This document shows, piece by piece, positions 51,748-62,660 of a stretch of 64,000 nucleotides of DNA; positions within the stretch are counted from its first letter, which is position 1, and every line of letters starts with the position of its first letter. The translations under genes were made by a program, and so were the position numbers. The stretch is from positions 64,001 through 128,000 of the IMG/VR virus record IMGVR_UViG_3300013947_000021. One strand, written 5' to 3'. The stretch is from a virus (lineage: Duplodnaviria > Caudoviricetes). The notes below the pieces were generated by a model. That model had not been told where the DNA came from, did not search any database, and saw only the letters and a list, made by a program, of their open reading frames with translations.

Positions 51748-51947
51748 TTATTTTAAATGTTCAAGTGTATTATAAATACAAAAAAATAAAAGAGCAGAGA
51801 TTTTTATTCTCTGCTCTTTCTTTGGCTCTTAACTCTTTATTTTATTTTTCTTCTTTATGAGTATACACAGTATTATATATAATGCAAAAATTATTATATT
51901 TTCAGTTATAGTCATTTGTAAAAATCTCCTTTAAATAAAATAATAAA

Positions 51948-52658
51948 TTATATATCCTTAAGAGTTGCACGTGCTACTATATCTGCAAGAAAATTAATAG
52001 CAAATTCTTTTTTCTCTTTATTTCTTTCACCATTAAATTTCTTTATAAATATATCATAAAAAGATTTTCCTACTGACTGACGGCAATAATCATTCAAATC
52101 TATCAATCCAATATCAGAAATTCTATTCTCAGAATAATATTCATTAAATTTCATTTCATATCCCATTGCCTGAAATGCATTACAAGGAATCATACTATTT
52201 GGATCATCATATAAGATATCAGGATTATCAAATGCATCTGAATTGTATTCTTCTATAATAATTTTATTCCATAATATAACTACATTTCTATTGATATTGT
52301 ATGGAAATGCATATATTACAGGAATTTTACAATATCTAGAAGCTGCAATAAATTCTTCAAAGTTCATATAAAATGGCGATATTATAATCTTCCATTTACT
52401 AGCTGCTTTAGATATTGCAGATATAAATCTAGATTCTATATTATTTATATTCATATCAATAAACATATGAAGATTTCCAATGCATTTATCCGAATTATCT
52501 TTTCCTTTTAAATTAGGAAGGCAAGGAATATTTTTATATTTATATCTCTTAGATGGATCTGCATCAGGAATAACTATAATTACACTCTTATCAAGATCTC
52601 CATTAATAAGATCTTCTTTCACTTTATTAAATTCCTCATTAGTCATAAATTCTCTCAT
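51948..52658 (-). CDS. Hypothetical protein, paralog 1 of 3
   Basis: LPNL...IGNLHMFID motif. Confidence 0.65.
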   Translation of the reverse strand: MREFMTNEEFNKVKEDLINGDLDKSVIIVIPDADPSKRYKYKNIPCLPNLKGKDNSDKCIGNLHMFIDMNINNIESRFISAISKAASKWKIIISPFYMNFEEFIAASRYCKIPVIYAFPYNINRNVVILWNKIIIEEYNSDAFDNPDILYDDPNSMIPCNAFQAMGYEMKFNEYYSENRISDIGLIDLNDYCRQSVGKSFYDIFIKKFNGERNKEKKEFAINFLADIVARATLKDI

Positions 52659-52694
52659 TTTTATTTCTCCTTTTAAATTAATTTTATTTTTTTA

Positions 52695-53357
52695 TTATTT
52701 AAATAAATTCATATCCACGAAATATCCATCTTTTAAAGCTTTAGAAATTAATCTTATATAAGTAGGATACCTATCTGTGAAATTGAAATTATTATATAAA
52801 TAATCTGTATCTATCTTCTTATCTTCCTTATATACAGGAATATGAAGATCATTTTCATCGATAAATTTATAGAACTCATCAATATCATCTGGTCTGAAAT
52901 ATGGTAAATGACCCATGAGATCATATACCGCTTTTTCAGAATAATCCGATGAAATCAATATATTGTTTTCTATCCAATTTTTATAATAGTCATCATGTAT
53001 ATTACTAATATTTTCGGGTAAATAGTAAATTACAGGATAATTGAGACTAATACAAACATGTAAAAAGAGTTTGTAATTCTTATAAAATGGTGCTGTAAGT
53101 ATAATGTGATTCTGCGCTGCATTTCTTATAGCAGCTTCGATTCTATCCCATCTTTCTTCTATTAAGGATTTATTATAAAAATGAATATTTCCTACTACAG
53201 GGTAATTAGTCTGAGATCGTAATGCTGGAAATTTTGCTAAATTAACACCATGACAATGTTTCTTAGGATAGGGATCAAATGTTACAATAATAGGTCTCTT
53301 GTCAAATTCATTCTTATTAAGAAGATCGACAACTGTTTTGTAATTAAAATTTGCCAT
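52695..53357 (-). CDS. Hypothetical protein, paralog 2 of 3
   Basis: FPAL...VGNIHFYNK motif. Confidence 0.65.
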   Translation of the reverse strand: MANFNYKTVVDLLNKNEFDKRPIIVTFDPYPKKHCHGVNLAKFPALRSQTNYPVVGNIHFYNKSLIEERWDRIEAAIRNAAQNHIILTAPFYKNYKLFLHVCISLNYPVIYYLPENISNIHDDYYKNWIENNILISSDYSEKAVYDLMGHLPYFRPDDIDEFYKFIDENDLHIPVYKEDKKIDTDYLYNNFNFTDRYPTYIRLISKALKDGYFVDMNLFK

Positions 53358-53402
53358 TTTATTTCTCCTAAAATAAATATATTATGAAAATATTTTTTAT
53401 AT

Positions 53403-53420
53403 TTTCATATTTATAATATA
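53403..53420 (-). promoter_or_regulatory. Early-type promoter TATATTATAAATATGAAA
   Basis: Same 18-mer at 54244-54261 and 60379-60396; TATATTAT core also at 31097 and 58531. Confidence 0.6.
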
Positions 53421-53473
53421 TAAACAAAAAAAATAAAAGGGAGAATAACTCTCCCTTTTATTCGATATGAGTA

Positions 53474-54154
53474 TTAGTTATCGAAAACTCTCATATCGAT
53501 ATAGAAGCTATTATTTATAGCCTCACTGATGATATTGTATACTATTAATATATCGCTATCGTTCATACGAGCGAAATAGCCGATGAATTCATCGATAGTG
53601 ATGGTGATATCATAAACACTGGGTACAGGGACATTGTTCGCATATACAAACTGTTCGAACGCAGCAGATACGAACTTTATATCCTGAGGAATAAGGCTAT
53701 TCATTCTAGCCTTATCCTCAGATGAACCCATAAGCTTGGAGTAAAGCGTATAATCGGCATTATACGCTTCCACGCTCTTCTGCTGAAGAGTGGTAAATCC
53801 ATCTTCAGCATTCTGCCGATAGAGATTGTTCCAATAAACCACTGGGTGGTTATTCATTGCAAGTACTTTAAGCAATGGCTTAAAGACCTTGTACATCGGC
53901 ACAAGAACAATCTTGTGCATCGATACAGCCTTAGCAATTGCTACATCGAACTTCTCCTCGATATCTGCGATAGAATCGTCGAGATACATATCGAGATTTC
54001 CAATGGCAGGAATTCCATCCCGCTTAATGAAGTTCGGAAGTCCCTCAATGTTGATGGGCTTCCATCTCTTCATAGGGCATCCATCATTATAAATGATGAA
54101 TACCGTCGGAAGGCTTTCAGGCTCATTTAAGAGCCTTTTGAAAAGGTCATTCAT
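53474..54154 (-). CDS. Hypothetical protein, paralog 3 of 3
   Basis: LPNF...IGNLDMYLD motif. Confidence 0.65.
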   Translation of the reverse strand: MNDLFKRLLNEPESLPTVFIIYNDGCPMKRWKPINIEGLPNFIKRDGIPAIGNLDMYLDDSIADIEEKFDVAIAKAVSMHKIVLVPMYKVFKPLLKVLAMNNHPVVYWNNLYRQNAEDGFTTLQQKSVEAYNADYTLYSKLMGSSEDKARMNSLIPQDIKFVSAAFEQFVYANNVPVPSVYDITITIDEFIGYFARMNDSDILIVYNIISEAINNSFYIDMRVFDN

Positions 54155-54290
54155 TTTATTTTCTCCTTTGTTTTATTAGTCTTTAATTATAGGAAGAATC
54201 AAAGACTTATTTATGTATGAAATATAGAATATATCATTCTGTATTTCATATTTATAATATACAAGTAAAATTCAGTACTTTTACTTGTTA

Positions 54291-54533
54291 TTATTCATCT
54301 AATTCAATTTCTATTGAAGGTCTAAGATCAGTATATGTGACTAATACACCATTTACTTCATCATTATGTTTTTCTCTATTTGCAGAGTCTTCATCCATAA
54401 TATATATCCAATAAATATCATCATCATTTTCTCTTGGTTGTATTTCTATTGCTACTATATTTCCAAATAATTCACTATCCATTTCATCATAATAGCGAAC
54501 ATGTTTTCCTATAAGATTATTAATATTATTCAT
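54291..54533 (-). CDS. Hypothetical protein
   Basis: 80 aa, AGGAG RBS. Confidence 0.6.
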   Translation of the reverse strand: MNNINNLIGKHVRYYDEMDSELFGNIVAIEIQPRENDDDIYWIYIMDEDSANREKHNDEVNGVLVTYTDLRPSIEIELDE

Positions 54534-54555
54534 TTGTTTTATTCTCCTTAAAATC

Positions 54556-54894
54556 TTAATCTGATAAACCTATAACAATAGGTTTACTAGTATCATATAT
54601 TAACTCATCATACATATCATTGAGTCCATGTATAGATACATCTGTATAATAAATACGCTCTCCAGTATTTTTATCTATTACTATTTTATATAAAGATCTA
54701 TCTGCTATATGATCTATTGAATATAAACGTATTTTAAATCCATCTTCTGTATAGATTGCTTCTATAGCAACAGGTTCAAGTCCAGAATCTATTGATATTG
54801 AAGAATCAAATCGATCAAATCGCTTAGCATATACTGTAGGTTTAAGCATATTTTTATTTAATCGGCCAATATTATTAATTACTTCTGTATGCAT
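54556..54894 (-). CDS. Hypothetical protein
   Basis: 112 aa, AGGAG RBS. Confidence 0.6.
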   Translation of the reverse strand: MHTEVINNIGRLNKNMLKPTVYAKRFDRFDSSISIDSGLEPVAIEAIYTEDGFKIRLYSIDHIADRSLYKIVIDKNTGERIYYTDVSIHGLNDMYDELIYDTSKPIVIGLSD

Positions 54895-54956
54895 ATTATC
54901 ATCTCCTATAAAATATTATACAGGGATAATTACTATCCCTGTATAATACTTATTGT

Positions 54957-57900
54957 TTAAAACATACTTGCTTTTTCTTTAGCTGCTTTAAGTTTTTCAA
55001 GCTGAGCAGAAGAATAATTAGATCTACTAAGATATGCAAGTGTATTCATATTAATAATAGTATCGCGCTTATGATTATAAGCATTATTAAACATACCATC
55101 ATTCTTACTAATATACATTGCATTTCTAGGATTAAATACATTCTCTGCAGCAACCTGGAAATCTTTATTTATTATTGCTAATATATTGAGCGTATCTCCC
55201 GTATATTCACATTGCTTCGCAACAGCAATGCAGTTCTCTTATGAACTTCCTATACTTATGATTTTATATAGAACTAGACTATATCATTCTCTCTTAATGT
55301 ATACATTAAGAGAGCATGGCATTTCGATTTAATAGGACTTATATTCTTTCCAATAATGCCTAACCCCATTAGCTTGGGCTCTACGTTCTTACGAACTAGT
55401 CGTTGAACTTTGAAAGGTTTTATATTAATATATAAATTTTTTAGTTATATGATTTCTAGTTTTTCTATGATATAATTTATAAATAAAACTTCCCAATGTA
55501 GAAGAATTATTATCATATTTATTCACATAACTTTTATATACATCAATATATGGTATTCCTTTTTGAAATTTTTCACATATTTCAATAGCTAAATTATCAC
55601 TATAAACAGAGTTATATCTATCTTCACCATGCTGATATAATTCGTTTATAGATGCATGATACTTATTTTGATTATTATTACACCATTCTAGATTTAAATA
55701 ATTATTATTTTGTTTATTTCCATCTATATGATTTACATCAGTATAAGTATCTGGAAATGGATTTATTATAAAACTATTTGCCACTAATCTATGAACAGAA
55801 AAATTTCGTTTACCATTATTAGTAATTAAGCAAATTCTAAAATATCCAGATTTATTTATATCAAACTGTAAATATTTATTTTTTAATCTACTATATATTT
55901 CTCCAGTTGGATATATCATATAATATGGCATTATATTATCATATACTAATAGAATTGGTTCTAAATTTGGTGTTATATTTTTATAAAATATAACTGGATT
56001 TGTTGTATGATCAAACATGTTTTTTCCTTTCAAAAGTGCTGATTATCTATAATAAACGCTCAATATTATAGATTCCCAGCTTTTAACCACCTATGGCATA
56101 TAAGAATCACTTCTTATATGGACAATCATTCATCAAAGTCTGCAGCTAATCCTTCAAGTATTTCAAGTGGTATAAGCATAGTATATCCTGTAGATATACC
56201 AGTACAATACATTTGGACAATTCCGCCGAGATTTATGGTAGGATTACGATTTATTAATATCGGTATTCCTCGTCCACTTGCTCTTATTATTCCTTCTATA
56301 ATTTGTTTTATAGTAGGATTTTCATCGTGTAAATTTGCATATACAAATTTATATGCATCATTATATCTCATAGAATAACTTTTATGCAATATATTAATTA
56401 TTCTCTGTTGAAGCAATCCACAAAGACAAGGATAAGATAAATGAACTTCATCTATTCTTAATTCTGGTCCAGGTGCTATAACAGATCGTGCAGTGAAGTT
56501 ATCGTATATTCACATTGCTTCGCAACAGCAATGCAGTTCTCTTATGAACTTCCTATACTTATGATTTTGTATAGAACTAGACTATATCATTCTCTCTTAA
56601 TGTATACATTAAGAGAGCATGGCATTTCGATTTAATAGGACTTACAATGGACCTTTATACCTAACCCCATTAGCTTGGGCTCTACGTTCTTACGAACTAG
56701 TCGTTGAACCTTCTTAAGATTTCTCTTAAGCTTGGCCACTGATTAACATATCCAGATTTCACCATTCTAGATAAGCATCCCAGTAATTAACCAACTTTGC
56801 ATATAAGAATTACTTCTTATATGGCCACTTTTACACAGCGTCCGCCAAATAATTGTTGTATCAGAATACATTATTGATTCCCTGACTATATCTTCATCTT
56901 CAGCTTTACCTGTTAAGAGTCTCCCATTTCGCTTGCGCTACGTTACTCGGTTATTCACAGAAGTTTTTCATTCTGTTACCCTTTTACTAGTCGATGAACC
57001 TTCCTAAGATTTCTCTTAAGCTTGGCTGCTGATTATCTATTGTAACGATGGTTAAGATTTTCATCCATACATCATCTCATAACTTATTTCTAACTTTCGT
57101 CTCCATATATATTATATATGGCATATGAGCATTAAGAACTCCCAGCAATTAAAGAGATTGTTTACTGCACATTTCTGTACAGGGAACCATACAACCGATT
57201 TGGTCTAGTTCCTTTTTTACCAGATAATATCTTAACTAACTCTCCATATAGATCTTGATACTTTTTTTGCATATCTATAAGAAGCTGATTCTTAGGCTTA
57301 TTCTTTCTAGACATGATGGTTTTATCATTATTAATAACACCAGCAAGTCTTGCTAAAATATTATATAATGCATTAGTACCTTCAAAATGGAAAGCACCGC
57401 CATCAATCTTATAAGGTCTAAGATGAATTGTATATACAGGAATACTCTGTATAAACACTTTATTTCTATTAGCCATAATATCATCATAGTAGTCTTGTTT
57501 AGCAGGTCTCTTGATTCGATAATAATTCATTATATCATCAAATCTCTCATAGAAACCTATTAAACCTATACCTGTAAATTCATTGTCTCCTTTACGAGGT
57601 GTAGTTATATCATGTCCATCCTCATCTTTTCTATCATCAGGGGTGATGATAGACATGAATTCTTTTTCACCAATAAATGATGCAAGAGAATTATACAGAT
57701 TCGGATGAATAAGATGATAAGGATCTTTAAGAACGATATAACCAAACATTTGGAAATTATCATCCTTAAATTCTACTTTAGTTCCACAAACTTCACAAGT
57801 AAGTCCATGATAGAATCTAGATGTTGTGTGTCCACATTTACATCTATATCTATTGCCAAATGGATTTGCATCCTGAAGTCCTGGACCATACTTGGTTGAG

Positions 57901-58076
57901 AATATTCCATTGGGGTCTTTTACATCATCCTTAATAGCTTTAGGTGCACTCACTATAAAACCATTTCCAGATAATACATCGTGTTTACGCTCATCATCAA
58001 GATTGAGCCTAACAAGATGAGTTTCATATTCAAACTCAGAAGAGTTTGAATATCTCGTGTTTACATTAAGTTTCAT
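54957..58076 (-). CDS. rpoC: RNA polymerase beta'-like N-terminal subunit, four exons: 58076-57207, 56861-56837, 56502-56132, 55199-54957 (502 aa spliced)
   Basis: Zn finger CKCG/CEVC; splicing restores SGKKGT|IQQLFGGRY|NFTARSVIAP, NRNPTI and catalytic AADFD|GDTLN; exon lengths sum to an intact frame. Confidence 0.9.
55200..56131 (-). mobile_element. Group I intron 3 inside the DFDGD motif, carrying an HNH ORF
   Basis: Follows U, ends in G; core motifs AAGCUGGGAA, AAUCAGCA, GUUCAACGACUAG, GAUAUAGUCUAG. Confidence 0.9.
55425..56018 (-). CDS. Intron-encoded HNH homing endonuclease
   Basis: HRLVANSFIINP...VNHIDGNKQNNNYLNLEWC. Confidence 0.9.
   Translation of the reverse strand: MFDHTTNPVIFYKNITPNLEPILLVYDNIMPYYMIYPTGEIYSRLKNKYLQFDINKSGYFRICLITNNGKRNFSVHRLVANSFIINPFPDTYTDVNHIDGNKQNNNYLNLEWCNNNQNKYHASINELYQHGEDRYNSVYSDNLAIEICEKFQKGIPYIDVYKSYVNKYDNNSSTLGSFIYKLYHRKTRNHITKKFIY
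56503..56836 (-). mobile_element. Group I intron 2 (ORF-less)
   Basis: P/Q/R/S motifs; 3' about 200 nt nearly identical to intron 3. Confidence 0.9.
56862..57206 (-). mobile_element. Group I intron 1 (ORF-less)
   Basis: Guide GUUGUAUGGUUCC pairs exon 1 GGAACU (U-G) and exon 2 AUACAAC; core AAUUGCUGGGA, AAUCAGCAGC, GUUCAUCGACUAG, GAUAUAGUC. Confidence 0.92.
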
Positions 58077-58174
58077 ATGTTATTGTCCTCCTTCGAAATT
58101 ATAAAAATGTTGAAGCCTTGATAAAAACATACCTAGATAGCCATATTTCAGGCTATCTAGGTATATTAGGTAAA

Positions 58175-58477
58175 TTAAAGCATTTTCTCTATAATTACTG
58201 AAGCTGCTTTATCAGAAAACTTGCTCAATACTTTTGATACTGCTTCAGATCCATTGTCGAGCATATTCTCAATGGACTTCTTTACCTCTGCTCCTATCTT
58301 GTCTCCGCATACAATAACTCTTTCAGAGACTCTAATTGGTTCATAACAGGTAGAGTCTGCTTCAAGTTTTTCATTCAAATAATTCAATAGTGCATTATTG
58401 TTCTCACTATCGAAATTTGAATTGAGTTTAATAAGTGCTCGTCTCGAAAGGTCCTGATAAGATTTGTTGTTTTTCAT
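58175..58477 (-). CDS. Hypothetical protein
   Basis: 100 aa, AGGAG RBS, TATATTAT upstream. Confidence 0.6.
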   Translation of the reverse strand: MKNNKSYQDLSRRALIKLNSNFDSENNNALLNYLNEKLEADSTCYEPIRVSERVIVCGDKIGAEVKKSIENMLDNGSEAVSKVLSKFSDKAASVIIEKML

Positions 58478-58591
58478 TTTGTTTCTCCTAAATTAAAAAA
58501 ATATTTTTAACCAATCTCTTGGTCAATATTATAATATATGTTTTAGATGTCATTTACAAAAAATAAAGTAGATATATAAAATCTACTTTAT

Positions 58592-59047
58592 TTACCAGTG
58601 AATTACTGGTAAAGAATTATAATAATCAAATAGTGATATATCAAAATTAGTTTCTATTATTTCTATATCACTAATTGAAGTTATAATTCTAGGGATATAA
58701 ATAGTATCAAAATTGTTATCTACTTTTATATATTTAAATATCCCTAGCATAGAATTATCATATATAGAAACTTTATCTCTAGGAGTCTTAAATAATATAG
58801 ATGCTAAAGCAGATTTTTGATTTATATCTCTATCAAATAATATAATAGAATGCTTTGCTTCTTGTCTAATACAATTTCTTCTTATTTTAATAAAATAAAT
58901 AAGAAGATTTTTATTCATAAAATACTTATTAAATTTTACTAAAGACTTACTTAAATACTTTGATGAATTTATAATAGAATTAAAATAGGATTGTTCTATA
59001 ATTATATTATTTGGAACTGATGAATTATGTATAATTTCTTGTCGCAA
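58592..59047 (-). CDS. Hypothetical protein
   Basis: 151 aa, TTG start with AAGGAG RBS. Confidence 0.55.
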   Translation of the reverse strand: MRQEIIHNSSVPNNIIIEQSYFNSIINSSKYLSKSLVKFNKYFMNKNLLIYFIKIRRNCIRQEAKHSIILFDRDINQKSALASILFKTPRDKVSIYDNSMLGIFKYIKVDNNFDTIYIPRIITSISDIEIIETNFDISLFDYYNSLPVIHW

Positions 59048-59258
59048 TTTAATTATTCTCCTTAAATAATAAAAATAAAATCATTTATTAAAATAGCCCC
59101 AGTAGATTTTTCATCTACTGGGGTAAAAGAAAGGAAAAAAGGATGAATGAGGATGAAAGAAATTATATTACACTAAATAACACCATATATGTAATATAAA
59201 CCTCACTCACCCATTGGTATTAAAAGAGTAATTATAAATTACTCGTTTTAATCGATTG

Positions 59259-59396
59259 TTATCGATGCATTTCACCAATTGCACCGACAAGCGTTCCTAT
59301 GGCTTTACCCATGAAGAACGCTGCAGAAATTATTCCTACATATATTACAAGAATAACTCCGCAGATTTTTAACTCCGACTTTTTGTCGAGCTTCAT
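59259..59396 (-). CDS. 45-aa membrane peptide
   Basis: Not in track. GGAGG RBS, ATGA overlap with the upstream stop; MKLDKKSELKICGVILVIYVGIISAAFFMGKAIG. Confidence 0.6.
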   Translation of the reverse strand: MKLDKKSELKICGVILVIYVGIISAAFFMGKAIGTLVGAIGEMHR

Positions 59397-59710
59397 AATC
59401 TTATATCCTCCATTTTAATTTTCTTCATAAGACCCCATGCAGTAAATTTTTGCATAGAATCCATACTACAGATAGATTTATCTATATCTATCTTGCTAAG
59501 GCCATCGATATGATCTTCATTTTCGAAGATCATATCTCTAAAATTTTTGCAGAGCTCTAAAGCTCTTATAGCGAGCTTTAATTCATGAAGAGATATTGCT
59601 ATCTCTTCATCCGAAGATGCATTGTGCGCATTGAACGCAACATGAGATGATAATGCATAAGCATTATTTATAATCTCATTCATTCTATATGCCTTAATGA
59701 CATTAGTCAT
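59393..59710 (-). CDS. Hypothetical protein
   Basis: 105 aa, GGAGG RBS. Confidence 0.6.
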   Translation of the reverse strand: MTNVIKAYRMNEIINNAYALSSHVAFNAHNASSDEEIAISLHELKLAIRALELCKNFRDMIFENEDHIDGLSKIDIDKSICSMDSMQKFTAWGLMKKIKMEDIRL

Positions 59711-59711
59711 C

Positions 59712-60227
59712 TTACATGCCTCCTTGAAAGATATCTGTTGAATGAGGTGAAAACTGAACTGCTCCAGGAAATGGAGTAGAGTAGCATGGAGGTTGATGCA
59801 TATTATGCATTGCTATTTTAACTTCTTCGAATATAGATTTAAAATAATCTACATCGAATTTAGAAGTGTACTTTAGCACCTCATTATCTATTGCACTTAT
59901 AAAATTAAGTGCATAAAAATACTGCACCGGATTTCTAAACTTCATCAGTTCAGAAATTATTTTATGAGCTCTTCCAGACTCATTGAATATTCTCATTAGT
60001 GATGCTTTTGTTTTTACCCCATCACCAATTTGAGTGAAGTTGCTAACTTTACCTGCTTCCTCAAGCTCCTTATTAGAAGGGGTAAAGTTTATAACATCGA
60101 TACTTAAATCTTTAAGTATCGAGCTAAGCTCATCTTCGAGCTCTTTTCTTTCTTCATCGTTCTCTTCACCTGATAGCAATAAAAGAAAATCGGTATCGTA
60201 CATTTTTATTTCTCCTTTTCTTTTCAT
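59712..60227 (-). CDS. Hypothetical protein
   Basis: 171-aa ORF; the RBS favours the second Met (MYDTDF). Confidence 0.6.
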   Translation of the reverse strand: MKRKGEIKMYDTDFLLLLSGEENDEERKELEDELSSILKDLSIDVINFTPSNKELEEAGKVSNFTQIGDGVKTKASLMRIFNESGRAHKIISELMKFRNPVQYFYALNFISAIDNEVLKYTSKFDVDYFKSIFEEVKIAMHNMHQPPCYSTPFPGAVQFSPHSTDIFQGGM

Positions 60228-60461
60228 ATACCTAAAGTATATGCATATTAATATATCTCAGAATTTATATATCAATATGGAAATCCAGTATCGTAGGAAA
60301 ATGCTATGAAATAATTATCTAAATAAAGTAGTCAATTTTATTTAGATGAGTAATATTTTTATTATATTACTCTCTTTATTTCATATTTATAATATATTAT
60401 CATAATCAATAAGAATTACAAAAGAATATAGAAGGAGAATATTCTCCTTCTATATAATATT

Positions 60462-61724
60462 TTAATCATTAATACAAAAAGCCTTTATAGGATCCATCTC
60501 AGTAAAGTTAAGCTGATCATCATGGAAAAGTTTCATAGAAAGAACCTTGAGTCTGGATGGAATCTGAGGAGTAGACGCGCCTATATTTCTAATACCTAAT
60601 CTATAAAAAAGGTTTCCAGCACATTTATTACAGATACCATCTTTAGCTTCACACATAGATGAAAATCTAAGTTTTACTCGCTTTCCAATAAACTTATCTT
60701 TATTTTCAGATGTAATCTCAGTAAGAGATCCATCATCATTAATTACATAACAATACATAATAGATCCAATATTCTTATCAGTTACATCCATTGTAATATG
60801 TCTTGTAGTTCCACAATCAGAATCGGGTTCAAGAAGAACTACATGCTCAAATGCAGGAAGGAACAACTTTTCCCAATATCCACCAAGCTCAGTTTTCTTA
60901 GCACGAGAATAAGGACCTGCAGCAAGAGTATTAGCAATCTTAGAATATTCTTCTTTAGAAATTCCATCTACATAATTAGATGTAATAATATTATAAGACT
61001 TTCTAGGATCAGGATCCTGAACAGATCCTCTCATGATAAACATATTCTTGAAGTTATTTTCAAATGATCCACCAGCACCAGACATAAACATATCCATCGC
61101 AGGATCATCTTTCATAATACTTCTAGCATATTCAAGAAGTTCCTTAGAAATTTTATCAACAACCTTTACATCACCTTTATCAAAAGCTTCTTGATTTGCT
61201 TTAATTAATTCTTGTTTCTTTTTATCAATAAGCTTAGTACAAGTAAGCATATTATCAGAATAACTAGGAGCAAGAATACTTACATAAGGCATAAATTTCT
61301 GAGATTTCTTACAGAACTTTTTATAACAATCTACAGAAATTCTATTTTCAAGAACTGCATAGCCCAATGAATCAAATATCTTACCATATTTCTTTTTTCC
61401 AATATCATCATTCACATATCCTAAGAAATTAAGCAACTCAGGCTCACATTCAATAAAATATTTATTAAAAATGAATCTGCCTATAGTAGTAGTAAATTCA
61501 TTCTTATTTCTTTTTTCAGTTCCATCGGGAAGTTTTCCGCCATATCCTCCAGTAGGAATAGTAATTATATCATATGGATTAAACTTCTGATTTCCGTTTC
61601 CAAAATCTCCGAAAGTTTCCATTATAAAACTAGTAGTTATATCATCTTCGGTAAGAGCAATAAATTTATCTATAATATTTTTATCTGTTATAGTTTTAGA
61701 TTTTCTTATAGTCTTATCAGCCAT
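60462..61724 (-). CDS. rpoC: RNA polymerase beta'-like C-terminal subunit
   Basis: TTIGRFIFN, bridge-helix-like KTELGGYWEK, DCGT and C..ICNKCAG Zn site. Confidence 0.8.
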   Translation of the reverse strand: MADKTIRKSKTITDKNIIDKFIALTEDDITTSFIMETFGDFGNGNQKFNPYDIITIPTGGYGGKLPDGTEKRNKNEFTTTIGRFIFNKYFIECEPELLNFLGYVNDDIGKKKYGKIFDSLGYAVLENRISVDCYKKFCKKSQKFMPYVSILAPSYSDNMLTCTKLIDKKKQELIKANQEAFDKGDVKVVDKISKELLEYARSIMKDDPAMDMFMSGAGGSFENNFKNMFIMRGSVQDPDPRKSYNIITSNYVDGISKEEYSKIANTLAAGPYSRAKKTELGGYWEKLFLPAFEHVVLLEPDSDCGTTRHITMDVTDKNIGSIMYCYVINDDGSLTEITSENKDKFIGKRVKLRFSSMCEAKDGICNKCAGNLFYRLGIRNIGASTPQIPSRLKVLSMKLFHDDQLNFTEMDPIKAFCIND

Positions 61725-61817
61725 AATAGTATTACCTCCATAAGGTTTATATTATTCATTTGTTCAAGATATCAAATAAAAGACCAAGTAGGATTTCCTA
61801 CTTGGCCTAGTGATTTA

Positions 61818-62660
61818 TTACATGTAAATATGATAAATAATTTCAATTCCCTTAGTGACATCAATAAGAGATTCATTCGGAATATTAAGCTTTGTAATAG
61901 GACGAATTTCTTTAAAATAAACCTGTCCACTTTCTTCAACAGGATATCCAGTACAAAGAGAAATACTATTAATCTTCGCTTCATCAATACCAACAGTTGC
62001 TACAAAGTAATCTCTAATATCTTCCTTAGTAATCTTAAGACTAAGTTCAACAAATGTTTCTGCAGAAGTGGTCTTTACAGAATCATATACCGTAGCATCA
62101 ATAGGAGTACCATCAATATACTGCTGAACAATCTTAGGTTCAGTTTCAAATCTCTTAAAGTAATAAGCTATGTACTTTCCATCACTAGTAGTAGCACGAC
62201 CAAAATAAGTTTCCTTAAGAGCATCAGTAAGATCATTACTTGCAAGCTGATATCTAAAGGGAACAAGATCAGCAGGTTTAATCCACTTAGTATAATTTAC
62301 AGGATAAACCTGAGAAGATTCAGATCCGCATCCATCAGTACCGCAACAGAAGAGAACTACCTTCTGATTATTTTTGGTAGCAGTAGTACCAAGATCTTTA
62401 CTAGGAGCAGTCTCTCCAGTAGGAGTATAAATATTAAGAGCGGTATTATAAGATGGAGTAATCTCATCAGTAGTAAGATCAAAAAGCTTTTTAGCAACAA
62501 ATCCAGAGCCAGGAATAATTACCTTATTCTTAAGACCCTTAAAAATAACTTCTCCAGTTTCAAGATTCTTTATATCAATAGAAGTTTTAAATGTAGTATA
62601 TTCTCTACTATATTCTTCATGTGCATTAACACCATCGAAGGCGACTAATGTCTTATCCAT
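61818..62660 (-). CDS. Putative baseplate/tail structural protein
   Basis: 280 aa, strong RBS, late-type promoter; beta-rich. Confidence 0.5.
   Translation of the reverse strand: MDKTLVAFDGVNAHEEYSREYTTFKTSIDIKNLETGEVIFKGLKNKVIIPGSGFVAKKLFDLTTDEITPSYNTALNIYTPTGETAPSKDLGTTATKNNQKVVLFCCGTDGCGSESSQVYPVNYTKWIKPADLVPFRYQLASNDLTDALKETYFGRATTSDGKYIAYYFKRFETEPKIVQQYIDGTPIDATVYDSVKTTSAETFVELSLKITKEDIRDYFVATVGIDEAKINSISLCTGYPVEESGQVYFKEIRPITKLNIPNESLIDVTKGIEIIYHIYM

Noticed and set aside
54957-57206. Pseudogenised RNAP fragments or stop-codon recoding
   Set aside because: Group I core motifs and exact frame restoration explain the breaks; other genes are intact in the standard code
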